From the human T2T-CHM13v2.0 reference genome, Homo sapiens: a stretch of DNA of 64,000 nt. Each line of letters begins with the position of its first letter. The first letter of the stretch is position 1. Shown piece by piece: positions 14,096-27,110 of the stretch. The stretch lies in assembly GCF_009914755.1 (NCBI RefSeq), contig NC_060925.1; one strand, written 5' to 3'. Below the pieces are notes generated by a model that saw only the letters and a list, made by a program, of their open reading frames with translations, was not told where the DNA came from and ran no database searches. Position numbers and translations under genes: made by a program.

Positions 14096-14529
14096 TCTCG
14101 GGAGCAGTTCCAGGCCGACCTCTGCTCTCCACGGCCGGGAGGTGTCCAGGTGTGGACAGAGCCCCGGCTCTCCATCAGGGCACCCAGCCGCCCCACGCTC
14201 AGCCCTGCGTGGCTTCTCCCGTCCTTCCTGGGCATCCCCTGAGGGTGTGGCCCTGTTGCTGGGCCCCCTCCTGCCCCCTTGCCCTGCCAGTTCCTAGAGC
14301 CTAGGCTGAGGGCAGGGCCATTGCTGTGAACAAACTGGACAGGCTCCGCGGGAGCTCAGAGCTGCCCCGTGTCTGAGGGCGCGGCTGTGTGGAGTGGGGT
14401 CCCCTCGGCCAGGCGGGAAAGGCCCTGGATCGTGTGTGTGACCCTGGTACTGGGCAACCCCTGGGACAGGCAAGTCCGTGGAGACAGAACGGGGCGGTGG
14501 CTGCAGCCTGGGAGCTCGGCCTCCCTCGG

Positions 14530-14655
14530 GGTGACGGAATGTTCTGGACCTTGATATAGGTGGTGGATACTCAGCCCTGTGAGTGCAATAAATGCCACCA
14601 AATTCTCACTTCAAAATTATTTTATGCTATGTGAATTCTGCTCCAATTAAAACAC
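14530..14655 (+). mobile_element. L1M 3'-end remnant carrying poly(A) signals
   Basis: GGAATGTTCTG...GGTGGTGG...TTTTATGCTATGTGAATT...ATTAAAA resembles old L1 3' termini. Confidence 0.55.
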
Positions 14656-15964
14656 AAACTCTCTTGCAAAATGCACCTTGTCTCCGCCCCTTCTCCCATC
14701 ACACGCAGCCCCTTGAGAACAGCCAGCACCTGCCTCCCAGGTCCGGGCAAGCAGCCTCCCCTCTCGACGGCCCCGGGCAGCCCCATCACCCTCGGCGGCT
14801 GCCCAGGCCCAGGCCTGTTTCCGGCCCTCCTCTGAGCACCTGGAGAGGAGGAAGTGCGTCTTCTCTCCGGTGCCTCTGAGAGACAAGCCTACTCCCCCCG
14901 GGCTGGGTGGCCCAGGGCACAGTTAGACCCGGGAGTGGAAAAGGCGGTGGCGGTTTTCTTGCTGTTGTCCCGGCAGCGTCTTTGGTGACACTTTCCCGCC
15001 TTTGGAGACCAATTACCCGGCAGAGGCCCAGTGGCCTCATTAACTCTGCTGCGGCGTCGAGAAAGGGGGAAGGAGCCAGCCCACGGGCAGGGCAGGGCGG
15101 CTGCAGACTCTCCCGCAGCTCAGGGGCCTGGAGAAACCTGGCCACACCTGGCCCAGCTGGGTCAGGCCTCTGCCAACAGGAGCCCAGGGCCCCAGCGCTC
15201 CCCTCCCTGCCAGGGAAACAGCCCATAACGACAGCCTTTCCTGGAGCCTGGGTTGCATCAGCCGAGCCGCCAGCCACAGGGCCCCAGCAACGGCACCTGG
15301 GCCCGGGGCCTGGCCTGCCGGGGACACTCGGCTGTGCGCACCTCGAGGGGCTCTACAGCCTGTGGGGCCGCGCCTGCCTCTCGGGGCTTCCGGGCGATTC
15401 CTCCTTCTCCTCCGTGGTGTGTGCTGTGCAGACGGGGACCGGGCCAGGCCAGACGCCGGATCCAGAGCAGCTTCCCAGACAGGCCACCCACCCCTCCGAG
15501 GCCTCCCTCAGTCCCCTGGCGGGAGTCCCCGGCCTTCCGGGCCTCTCTCCCCTCCCTTCCCACCCCCAGGAGGGGAGAGGACTGAGGCCTGGGGTCACTG
15601 CCGCACCTGCGCTCTGAGACCTGCACTCGCCCAGGCCGGAGTCCCCACGAGGCAGGAACCCTGGCATGCGGCCGGCAGTGCCCACAGCACCCAGTCAGCC
15701 GGGAGGGGTCTCACCCCACAGCCCCCCGCTCCTCCCCTCCACACCCAACCACAGTCCCTCCTGGCTGACACCGTGGCCCCTCCTGGCCTGTGCTCCCCGG
15801 GAACCTCAGTCAGTGTCACTTGAACTCCAGCACCGGACCTGGCCCCGTCCATCCAGCCTCTGCCCCGAGAGCCCCGCCCGTATCTCCAGAGGACACGCCC
15901 TGCCAGGGGACAGGCGGGAGCAGCTGAGGGCCGCCCGGGGAAGGAAGGCAAGGAGGGCATGTAA

Positions 15965-16222
15965 TCGCCTGACCACATGGCCGACCCCCTTGTGACCTCA
16001 TGACCCCCACCACCTTCATGGCCGACCCCACCTGACCTCATGGCCGACCTGACCTGACCGCACGGCTGACCCAACCCCATCTCATGACTGACCCCACCTG
16101 ACTTTATGGCTCACCCCAGTGACCCCATGGCCAACCCCACCTGACCTCATGGCCGACCCGATCTGACCTCATGGCTGATCCTCATGACCTCACTGACCCC
16201 CCTGACCTCATGGCTGACCCCC
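15965..16222. repeat. Degenerate TGACC-rich repeat
   Basis: Recurring CTGACCTCATGGC(C/T)GACCCCA. Confidence 0.85.
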
Positions 16223-17749
16223 CAGGAGGGCTCCCAGAAGGCCGAGGGCTGGGGGCAGGGGCAGAGCCCAGGTGAGTCCAGGAGGCCGGAGGGGCTGCAG
16301 GTCCGGCAGAGCCAGGGGGAGCGGCCTTTGACGTTGGCAGAGGTGGTGCCAGGGTGGGGCCTGCCAGGGCGTCTGAGGCTCAGGGGCAGACCTTCTCCAC
16401 TGGCTGACCCAGGAGGGTCAGGGGTCAGAGGCCACAAAGCAGCATGGAGAGGCCGGGAGTGCAGGGGCTGGGAGGGCCAGGAGGCCACAGGGGATCCCGC
16501 AGAGCCCTCTCGGCCCCATCCTGGTGGGAGAGGAGCCTGTCCACTGCCTTCCTGGCACCCTCTGGGGTCTGGGGGCCGGTGGGCAGCCCTGGGAGGGCCC
16601 ATTCTCAGTACTGCCTGGCACTGCGTGGGGTTCCAGAGCCCCCCCTGCCCCGAATCTGAGAATTCTCACTCAAATTAGATGCTGATGCTGCCACCACTGC
16701 TGCTTTGGGAAGCAAATCTGTCACCTGTGCAAACGTGGCTGTGTCCGAGTCAGGTCTGGGGGAGCCCTGGGCCCGGCCGGTGCCAGGGCAGGGTCCGCAC
16801 CAAGTCGAGGCCTCCAGGGAGCAAAGCTGCCCCCCAGCCTGGGAGTGCCATGGGTCTGTGGGTTCCAGCAGGGGACAGTGTCCAGCCCCTCCAAGGGTGC
16901 ACAGAGACGCCTTCCTGTGGCCACCTCTGGCCGGAATTTCCCACGGGGGTCCCGGCCGTGGCCTCAGAAAGGGGCTCAGCTCCTCCTCCTGCTGGGGCAG
17001 CCCTGTGCCTTGAGGGAGGAGAGTAGTCAGCGGTGGCGGGAGGCCACTGTTAGCTAGAAGCAGAGCCGGTTAGAAGTTGACCTTGAATGGGTTTTTTGGG
17101 GATTTTGGGGTTTTTTTAACTGTCGTTTCACCTCCGCTTGGGGAAACATCCAGGTGGCTTTGCTGGATCTGCTGGGCCGGCCAGGAGAGGCATGAAGGCT
17201 GGTGCTTGGGCCCAACCCAGAAATGCACAGACACTGGGGGCTGCTCTGGAGGGGCTCTGCCTGGGCAGAGGGCGGGAAGCGGGTGCAGGGAGTGGGGACT
17301 GGGCAATAAGGACTCTTAGGGACTTGGGCCTGCTCTGAGTGCAGGGCTGGCCCAACTCACGCATCCTTACTGGCTGCACTGGTGCAGGGTGGCCACGGGG
17401 CCAGTGGGCGTCGTGGCACCAGCCAGGCTGCGGGCATCGGCCGTCGGGGGCAGTGCCTTTAGCTGCGAGGACCCAGGGTTCTGGGCGCACTTTGGAAGCA
17501 CAGCCTGCTCTCCCGAGGGCTGGGATGTGGAGGATCCCAAGGTTTGGGAGGCTGGCGGGGGCAGGTCCAGGGAAGCTCGGCATCTGTGCTCAGGTTTACA
17601 TGGACCTGGGTGGCCCCTGGCCACTTGCACTTGCAGAGGGCGTTAGAGCCTAGGGACCAGGTGACACCAAGGACAGCCCTGGGGCGGTGGGTTCAGAGGT
17701 CAGAACAGGAGGGGCCAGAAAAGGAGCCACCAGGGGCAGAGAGGTGGGA

Positions 17750-18064
17750 AGTGGGACCTCCGGTGCCTGGAACCCAGGTAGGAAGGTGGGGACCCCCGGT
17801 GACTGGAACCCAGGTAGGAAGGTGGGGACCCCCGGTGCCTGGAGCCCAGGTAGGAAGGGGGGGACCCCCGGTGCCTGGAGCCCAGGTAGGAAGGTGGGGA
17901 CCCCCGGTGCCTGGAGCCCAGGTAGGAAGGTGGGGACCCCCGGTGCCTGGAACCCAGGTAGGAAGGTGGGGACCCCCGGTGCCTGGAGCCCAGGTAGGAA
18001 GGTGGGGACCCCCGGTGCCTGGAGCCCAGGTAGGAAGGTGGGGACCCCCGGTGCCTGGAGCCCA
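17750..18064. repeat. 36-bp minisatellite, ~8.6 copies
   Basis: Unit GGTGCCTGGAGCCCAGGTAGGAAGGTGGGGACCCCC. Confidence 0.97.
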
Positions 18065-18334
18065 AGGGGAAAAGTCCTCAAGGCAGAGGTCCCAGCCCGA
18101 GGTGCCAGCCCTGCTGAGGGGCCGAGCAATGTGGGGTTGGGGGATTGGAGTCAGTGAGTCTGGACCCATCTTCCAGGCCCTGCAGCGGCCCCAGCCTGCT
18201 CCCCACAGGTGGACGACAGGACTCAAGCTGCAGTTTGCAAGGGGTCTGATAAAAAGAGGGAGGGTTGGGGGGCACAAGGGCCCTCCTGCCGGGACTCAGT
18301 GTAAGTTGCTGAGGAGAGAGGATGGCGCCCGTCT

Positions 18335-18815
18335 TGGCTGTTGAGGCTCATATTGTTTGGGGCTCTCCTTAAGAAAAAGCACAGGCCGGGCGCGGTGACT
18401 CACACCTGCCATCCCAGCACTTTGGGAGGCCGAGGAGGAAGGATGGCTTGAGCTCAGGAGTTTGAGACCAGCCTGGGCAACACAGAGAGACCCCGTCTCT
18501 ACAAAAAATGAAACAACTTAGCCACGTGTGGCGGCGCCTGTGGTCCCAGCTACTACCCAGGAGGCTCAGGTAGGAGGATCACTTGAGCCCAGGAGGCTGA
18601 GGCTGCAATGAGCCGAGATCATGCCACTGCACCCCAGCCTGGGAGACACAGTAGACCCTGTCTCAAAAAAAAGGGAAGAACAAGAGTTCAGAATAAAGCA
18701 TGAAAAATTGGAAAGAAGTGAAATATTTATTTACAACCTGAAACAAAATCACAATAAATGGCAAGTTTTGAAAAAAAGCTGATGAATACGCCACAAACGT
18801 CACACAATCTAGAAG
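18335..18815. mobile_element. Probable hAT-Tip100-like DNA transposon remnant split by an Alu
   Basis: GAGGCTCATATTGTTTGGGGCTCTCCTTAAGAAAAAG...AAGTGAAATATTTATTTA...AAATCACAATAAAT; family from recall only. Confidence 0.35.
18384..18672 (+). mobile_element. AluJ
   Basis: GGATGGCTTGAGCTCAGGAGTTTGAG and GAGGATCACTTGAGCCCAGGAGG AluJ-type motifs. Confidence 0.9.
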
Positions 18816-19456
18816 GCTGGATGGGCCGGAGCCCGTGGATCCCGCCACAGCAGGTGGGGGTGGAGAGCCGAGGTGCCGGTGCGTCCCTGGGTTGCCGCAC
18901 GTATATCCCTGAGCTCGTCCACCCAGCAACACCCCAGGAGCCGCAAGTTCACCCACACCCAGCCCTTGGCTTCTAAATCCCATTCTCCACCGGGAGGAAC
19001 CAGGCTGATTCCTGGGCTGTGCAGAAAAGATACAGGAGGAGCCTGGAGCATCTTGCAGTACTGGGAAGCAAGGAAGGACTCAAGGAATGACGGAGAGGAC
19101 AGGAGCAGAGCTGGACAGCCCGTGACCCGCAGCGGAAGCAGGAGTGCCGGGGTCGCCCTGAGGGCTGTAAAGTAAGTCAGTGGGGAGCAGAGAAGCTTCT
19201 CCTCACGGTAGAATGCGGCTGATGGTGTGGAAGGAATGAGGTTCCTGGGAAACCGCCGTGGGTGACTGTCGGGAGCAGGACTCAGCACCACTCTGTGCCT
19301 TCCTAGGGCCACGAGGACCTGAGCCCCGCGTGCGACGTCCTGGCCCGGAACCTGCGAGGGCGTCGGGGAATGGCCCAGGCACGTCCCGGGCTGATGGAGA
19401 TGAAAGAAAATAATGGCTCATCATGTGACCCGGGTCCTGCCTACAAATGGGGACGA

Positions 19457-19684
19457 GGTGTGGGAAGGTTGCAGCCTGCACTCGGACTGCGGGTGTTTGG
19501 GGGTGTGGGAAGGTCTCAGCCTGCACTCGGACTGCGGGTGTTTGGGGGTGTGGGAAGGTCTCAGCCTGCACTCGGACTGCGGGTGTTTGGGGGTGTGGGA
19601 AGGTCTCAGCCTGCACTCGGACTGCGGGTGTTTTGGGGTGTGGGAAGGTCTCAGCCTGCACTCGGACTGCGGGTGTTTGGGGGG
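19457..19684. repeat. 45-bp minisatellite x5
   Basis: Unit GTGTGGGAAGGTCTCAGCCTGCACTCGGACTGCGGGTGTTTGGGG. Confidence 0.97.
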
Positions 19685-20215
19685 CCTCTGTTTGCAGCAT
19701 GGACACCCGAGTTTCAGGATAAGAGCGTCAGGCCCAGAAGAAGCAGCACCTGCAACTCTTCTGCAGAAATTATTTCAGAATGAAAAGAAAGAACTCCCAC
19801 GAAGGAAAGTCTCTAAAACTAATAAACGAGGAACCGAGGCCCCAGCCAGTCCTCCAGCCCCCGAGGGAAGGAGGAGGGAATGAAGTGGGGTCCGGGATCA
19901 GAGGTCAGGGGGGTGCAGTTGCCACGGGGGCACCCTGTGTGGCATGAGCAGCCGAGGGGGACCCAGGGACCTGGTGAGGGTGCGAGAGGGAGGGGCTGGG
20001 GCGAGTCACCCCAAACAGGAGGCCTTGCGGAGAGGAATAGACAGGGCCAAACACCCCGGAAATTCAGGCAGGTGGGTGAGGAGGCTGGGACACAAGCTGC
20101 GGGGCCTGGAAGCTGAAGGTGGGGACAACTGCAGACCCCTCCCCAGCCCGAGGGGAGGAGGTGGCTGAGTGGCTGGGGTGGGTTTGCTGGAGGGCTGAGG
20201 GTCCGCGGGCCCGCC

Positions 20216-20335
20216 CCGTGGTGGGAAGGGGCAGAGGAGGGCAGGTCCCGTGGTGGGAAGGGGCGTGGTGGGAAGGGGCGCCCCATGGTGGGAAGGGGCG
20301 TGGTGGGAAGGGGCAGAGGAGGGCAGGTCCCGTGG
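20216..20335. repeat. GTGGTGGGAAGGGGC 15-mer repeats with a nested duplication
   Basis: Five copies of TGGTGGGAAGGGGC. Confidence 0.85.
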
Positions 20336-22569
20336 GTCGAACGCCAGTGTCCTGGGAGTCTGGGGGTTCCTGCAGGTGACACAGATGTGGGGTTGGGACG
20401 TCAGGAGGTTGGTTTTGGGGATGCAGCAGTCGGAGGCTATGAGGATGGGGAGTGTCTGCAGCCCTCCCTTGGAGGAGGGGGAGGCGTGGGGGCTGGTCAG
20501 AGACCCCATGGGGGTGCTGAGTGTGGGCTGCAAGGCTGGCAATGGAGGGGGGCTGCCCAAGGCCCCCTTCCAGGTACTCTAGGCCCTGCTGAGCAGTGGA
20601 GAAGTTTGCTGTGAGAGCACGGGGCTGCAGGCCAGGTGAGGGGTGGCCAGTGGAGGCCTGAGCTCAGGAAGATCCTCGGCCTCCAAGGCTCCCCAGCCAG
20701 GCCGCTCCGGGTCTGGGGCTCCTGGTGCCCTGGAAAGGTGGGAGGTGGTGGCCCAGGGGTGCACAGAGGCCTCCAGGTCCGCCGGCCGGGTAGGGCCGCT
20801 TCCCGTCTCCCCAGCGGGTGCATGACCTCAGGCCCAAGCTGCACACCTGTTTGCAGGGCACACACAGACACACAGGCCCACCCAGGTGGGTCCCAGCACC
20901 TGCAGGAAGGCCTTGCCTGCCCTGTGTTCCTTCCTGGAGGCTGGTGAGTCATCAGCCGTCCCCACCTAGAAAGCCTCCCAGCAGGGCTGGCCCCACCCGG
21001 CGAGGGGCAGGAGGGCTCACCCTGTCGGCTTGGGCCCCCAAAGCAGGCCCCGGTTTCCCCAGCAGAAGACTGGGAGCCCCAGACCCAGAGCTTCTCGGTC
21101 TGGCAGGGGGCAGGCCAGGACCATCCGAGGGCTAGGGGGACACATGGGGCTGTCTCGTCCTCCCCAGGGCCCCATTTGGGAGGAGGCCAGACCTAGGGCC
21201 TGAACCCTCACAGGGGCTGCAGGGGGATGCAGAGCTGGGGCCCCCTCACTGGCCTCTTCCAGGGCGTCCACCCCAAGGCCTGAGGGGGCCGTCCTGGTAG
21301 CTTTCACGGCTGTTCCTCCCAAAGACAAAAAGTGGCCGCCCTGGAACAGCTCTGACCCCGGGTGTCCTGTCACCCACCGGACCTGAGGGCAGCCTCGGAC
21401 TCCCTGGGGACCCTGGGGCAGCCGCCCTCATCCCTCTCTCAGGCCCCAAGTCCCCAGATTCCCTCTGGGCCTCTAGGAGCCTGGGAGGGGGTGCCGGGGA
21501 GCAGAGGTGAGGGGCCGGGAGGGGTCCTGGCGAGCAGCAGGGCTGCGTCTAGGGCCTGCGTGCCCGGTGGGGCTGCTGCCGGGTGATTTGCCTGAGACAT
21601 TTCCATGGCTGCTTTGGTTCTGCGGGCTGGGATTTCCATGCCTGCTCCCTCCCAGGCGTCGTGAAGCCTGCAGCCCTAGGTTCTGTTTCCGCCAGGTGCC
21701 CTCACCTTCTGGGACCCGGCCGAGCCCTGGGAACACTGGCTGGGGAGCAGTTACCCAGGGCCCATGGTGCTGAGGGTCACCGACCGTCCCTTGAGGCTCC
21801 CCGAGTTTGGTCCTAAGGGCTTGGTCTGGAGGCATCTCTGGTCCAGAACCTCAGGACTCACGGTGTGTTTAAGAACCAGGTCAGCAGCCCCTGGGGTGGG
21901 CCCTGCCCGTCTGTTCCGAGGAGCCACCTGGGGGCCCTTCCTGCGCAGCTCAGGATGTCTGAGAAGCCCGGGGTCCTCACCGCTCAACGGCCTTCTCCGG
22001 CACCCAGATCTCGGGCTCCAGGCCCCTTCCGCAGTTCACCTGTCCCGGGCCCCCCACCCAGCAGGAGTGCCGCCTGCCTCCCGCACGGCCGGCCTCCGTG
22101 TCCCAGACAGGGTTTGCCTCCAGGGTCCCCTCCCCACAGTCTCTTGGGGCAGGACCCCTGGCGAGTTCCCCGGAGTCGAGGCGGCAACCCCAGCAGACAA
22201 CACGTGGAGGTGACGGTGGCACTGCCAAGCCCAGGCCAGGCTCTCAAGAATGCTCGGGCCCAGCCAGAGCCTCAGGGTGAGCTCAAGGCACCAAACCCAG
22301 AACGGCCCCACCCAGGGGGAGCGTGGAGTGCGAGGAGGGGCAGCCACGGTCCGTTCTGTGGCCTCGGCTCTCCAGGACTCGGAGGCTCCACGCCCCTTCC
22401 TGCTCTGCCCAGCCTGGGGCTGCCCCGCTCCCCTCTGCCTCTGTCTCCTGCTGCCCCTGGGGCCTCCGTCTCTGTCTCCTGCTACCCCCGGGGCCTCCGC
22501 TCACAGCAGCCACTTCTGCCACCAGCAAGACATCAACAAAGGTCACTGGTGGGACTTTAAATACACATT

Positions 22570-24265
22570 TAAATAGACTTTTTATTTCTAATAATTTCTG
22601 ATCAACAGAAAAGTTGCACAGGGGTTTCAAAGATCACAGAGACCTGGCGTCACTGTGAGACCCGCACGTCAGCTGGTCCGTCTGTCGCAGCAGCCAGTGA
22701 TGACCAGCAGCTAAACCCCACACGCTGGCCAGCCTTTTTCCCTCCTGTCCTTTCCGTCCCAGAACCCCATCCAGGCCCCGTGGCCTCGTCACCTCTCCTT
22801 GGTCTGTGACAGCTTCTCAGACTTTCCTTGGTTTAGCAACCTTGACAGTTTTGAGGAGTGCTGCTCAGGTGTTTTGTAGAGAGTCCCTCAGTTTGGGTTT
22901 GTCTGATGTTTTTCTCATGATTATACTCTGGGGTTATGGGTTTTGCGAAGAGGAGGATGGAGTCCTAAGTTCCAGAGCCCAGTGTCCCATCACCCCATTG
23001 AGTCCGGGTTCCAGGCTCTCCACACAACCCAGCTCTATCATCCCATCGGGGATCCACGCTCTCCACACGACCCAGCTCTATCATCCCATCGGGGATCCAG
23101 GCTCTCCACACAACCCAGCTCTATCATCCCATCAGGGATCCACGCTCTCCACACGACCCAGCTCTATCATCCTCTCAGGGACCCAGGCTCTCCACATGAC
23201 CCAGCTCTATCATCCCATCAGGGATCCAGACTCTCCACATGACCCAGCTCTATCATCCCATCGGGGATCCAGGCTTTCCACACGACCCAGCTCTATCATC
23301 CTCTCAGGGACCCAGGCTCTCCATACGACCCAGCTCTATCATCCCATTGGGGATCCATGCTCTCCACATGACCCGGCTCTATCATCCCATCGGGGACCCA
23401 GGCTCTCCACACGACCCAGTTCTATCATCCCGTCAGGGATCCAGGCTCTCCACACGACCCAGTTCTATCATCCTCTCAGGGACCCAGGCTCTCCACATGA
23501 CCCAGCTCTATCATCCCATCGGGGATCCAGGCTCTCCATACGACCCAGCTCTATCATCCTCTCAGGGACCCAGGCTCTCCACATGACCCAGCTCTATCAT
23601 CCTCTCAGGGACTCAGGCTCTCCACATGACCCAGCTCTATCATCCCATTGGGGATCCAGGCTCTCCACACGACCCAGCTCTATCATCCCATTGGGGATCC
23701 ACGCTCTCCACATGACCTGGCTCTATTATCCTCTCAGGGACCCAGGCTCTCCACACGACCCAGTTCTATCATCCCATCAGGGATCCACGCTCTCCACACG
23801 ACCCAGCTCTATCATCCTCTCAGGGACCCAGGCTCTCCACACGACCCAGCTCTATCATCCCATCGGGGATCCAGGCTCTCCACACGACCCAGCTCTATCA
23901 TCCCACCGGGGACCCAGGCTCTCCATACGACCCAGTTCTATCATCCCGTCAGGGATCCAGGCTCTCCACACGACCCAGCTCTATCATCCCATCGGGGACC
24001 CAGGCTCTCCATATGACCCAGCTCTATCATCCCATCAGGGTTCCGCGTTCTCCACACGACCCAGCTCTATCATCCCATTGGGGATCCAGGCTCTCCACAT
24101 GACCCAGCTCTATCATCCCATCAGGGATCCACGCTCTCCACATGACCCGGCTCTATCATCCTCTCAGGGACCCAGGCTCTCCACACGACCCAGCTCTGTC
24201 AACACTCCCCTCCATCACCCAGCTGAGGCTGTGCCCATCAGGTTTCTCCACTAGTGGGACTGTAA
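22570..24265 (-). mobile_element. L1MC-type 3' remnant split by a VNTR
   Basis: TGACAGCTTCTCAGACTTTCCTTG...TTTGGGTTTGTCTGATGTTTTTCTCATGATTA before the array and GCTGAGG...CAGGTTTCTCCACT after it. Confidence 0.6.
23008..24197. repeat. 43-bp minisatellite, ~27.5 copies
   Basis: Unit CCAGGCTCTCCACACGACCCAGCTCTATCATCCCATCGGGGAT, with a CTCTCAGGGAC variant. Confidence 0.98.
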
Positions 24266-24274
24266 ACAATTGCA

Positions 24275-24511
24275 TTTTATTTTTTTATTTTTGAGACAGG
24301 GTCTCACTCTGTCACCCTCCTGGGCTCAGGGGATCCTCCCGCCTCATCCTCCCAAGTGCTGGGACTCCATTGCGCACTCCCATGCCCAGCTAATTTTTTG
24401 TATTTTTTGTAGACACAGGGTTTCACCATGTTGCCCAGGCAGGTTTCCAACTCATCCCCCAGTCTTGGCCTCCCAGTGCTGGGGTTACAGATGTGAACCA
24501 TGGCACCCAGC
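24275..24511 (-). mobile_element. AluJ-like, internally deleted
   Basis: TTTGAGACAGGGTCTCACTCTGTCACCC...GGCACCCAGC. Confidence 0.8.
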
Positions 24512-25090
24512 AAACAATTGCATTTTAATTCCAGATATTGAAAAATGCCGCAATTCATTGTTAGTATTATTGCTGTGCAAAGCCAAAATCAACTGGGATT
24601 TCATCACTTTTCACACAGCAGACCTTCTGCCTGGAACCGTCCCGTGGCTGTGTGTGCTTTGCACATTCTCTTAGCAAACGTTTACTGGTGGCAAATGTTC
24701 TCAGCTCTCTTCTGGTTGTTGTTTGTTTTGCTTTCTGGCCAGTGCATATTGTAAAGCAGCTGTTCCACTGTCTTCTGTCTCCATCATGCTGTGGGCATGT
24801 CTGCCACCAGTCCCACCACTGGTCTTTGGAAGTGAACCTGTCTCACTCTTCCCTGGCTGTTTTCAACTCTTCATTGTTGGCTTTCAGGATGGCTCACGTG
24901 GGCGGCAAGCTGGGGATTTCTGTGTATTTATCCGGCTTAAGATTCATGGGGCTTCTTGAATCTGTGTTTGGATGTCTTTTAACAGTTCTGGAAAATTCTC
25001 AGATAGTATCTCTTCAAATATTAATTTCTCCCATTCTCTCTTCTTCCAAGTCTCTATATTTTATATATGTATTTCACCCTCCCACCCTTA

Positions 25091-25429
<339 letters not shown>

Positions 25430-25497
25430 TCATTCTGGATAATTTACACTTACCTGTCTTCCAGTTCCCCAATTTTCTTTTGCTTCCTTCCTACCTT

Positions 25498-25793
25498 CTT
25501 TTTCTTTTTTTTTGACAGAGTCTGGCTCTGTCACCCAGGTTGGAGTGCAGCGGTGCAATCTCGGCTCACTGCAACCTCCGCCTCCTGGGTCCAAGTGATT
25601 CTTCTGCCTCAGCCTCCTGAGAAGCTGGGATTACAGGTGCCTGCCACCACACCTGGCTAATTTTTGCATTTTTAGTAGAGACAAGGTTTCACCATGTTGG
25701 CCAGGATGGTCTCAAACTCCTGACCTCAGGTGATTCTCCCGCCTCGGCCTCCCAAAGTGCTGGGATTACAGGCATGAGCCAACGCGTCCAGAC
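25498..25793 (-). mobile_element. AluS
   Basis: Full reverse dimer. Confidence 0.93.
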
Positions 25794-26965
25794 CCCAGTT
25801 TTCTTTTCAGCAATTTTAAATCTTCTGTTAAGCCTATCCATTGAGTTTTAAATTGTGGTTATATTTTCATTTCTAAAAGCTCATTGTCTTTTTAAATCTA
25901 CTACATAATTTTTATAAGCTAAAGTTCTCTGCAAATATAAAACGTCTTTTTTTGTTTTCAACACACTGATTTTAGTGTTTTTTGGTCTGTGTCTGATAAT
26001 CCAATATCTCAGGCCCCTGTGGGGCTTGCTGGTGTCTGATTCCATCCGTTCTTGCTTATATCATATCTTTGCGAGACTGGTTATCTTCGACGGCGTGCTG
26101 GTCATTGTACTTGAACAAGTATCTGTAGGACGATTTGATGCCTCGAGCAAAGGCACTGCCCCATTCGGCTTTCCTCTGCCAGACACCTGGGACAATACTG
26201 CCTGGGCCTGAGTGGCCTTTGGAAGACCACTGTGGAAGTGACTTGAACTGGGGCTGCGAGGATGGAGTCACTTCACTTCGTCCTCACTTTGGGAGTGGAG
26301 CCCTTTGGGACTCCCAGGTTTTGTGGGGAGGGTCTCCTGGTGGATGATTTCCACATTGGAACAAAAGTTCACATCTGCTGACCCCCGAGGAACGTGGCAG
26401 AGTGCTCTAGGCAATATTTTATCCATGGCTTTGGCTTAGTGAGTTCTTACCAGCTCCTTGGCTCTTCGAAGCTTTAATCGGATGGTTGAACATTTCAGTA
26501 CTTTTCAGCCAGCAGGTGGATCTGAGAACCTCCGCCAGCACGCCTGCAAACAGGCCACCCCTGTGGGCACTGGCCATGTCTCCTGCCTGGGGCACTCTCT
26601 CCCTTTGGCCTTCAGGACCCCACACTCTTCCCATCCAGGAGTCCTGGGATTCCTCAGGGCACCGCCAACCTGACCACAGCCTCCGTTCCCTCGTCATCAG
26701 GCGAAGCCAGTGCACTTCCACCCAGGCTCTGCCGGGCGCCGTAACCAGCATGGAGTCCCCACTCGGGAAACTCCCACTCAAACTACACCTGCTCAGCTGG
26801 AATCTGCAGGAAATCTGTGCCGACGACACCAGGGAAGAGTGTGCACATTCTTCCCAGCCTCCAGACGCCTTGTCCCCATCTCCATCCACCCCCTCCATTT
26901 CCCCGGCACCAGCACCCCAGCCCGCTGGTTCCCAGGAATGCCTGTGCTCCGGTGGCTGAGTGGGC

Positions 26966-27110
26966 TGAGCCTCAGAGGCACGTGGTGACCGGCTGCCCAC
27001 AGGCTGGGCTGGGAGGCCATAGGGTCACCTCTGGATTTGAGCCTCAGAGGCACGTGGTGACCGGCTGCCCACAGGCTGGGCTGGGAGGCCGTAGGGTCAC
27101 CCCTGGATTT
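26966..27110. repeat. 72-bp tandem duplication containing CACGTG
   Basis: TGAGCCTCAGAGGCACGTGGTGACCGGCTGCCCACAGGCTGGG... twice. Confidence 0.9.

Noticed and set aside
19020-19830. Purine-rich, protein-like stretches on + (WSILQYWEARK; LLQKLFQNEKK)
   Set aside because: No consistent frame or splice pairs; more likely decayed repeat sequence
22806-24254. 482-aa ORF
   Set aside because: GTG start and 43-aa period from three 43-bp units; VNTR artefact within an L1 remnant
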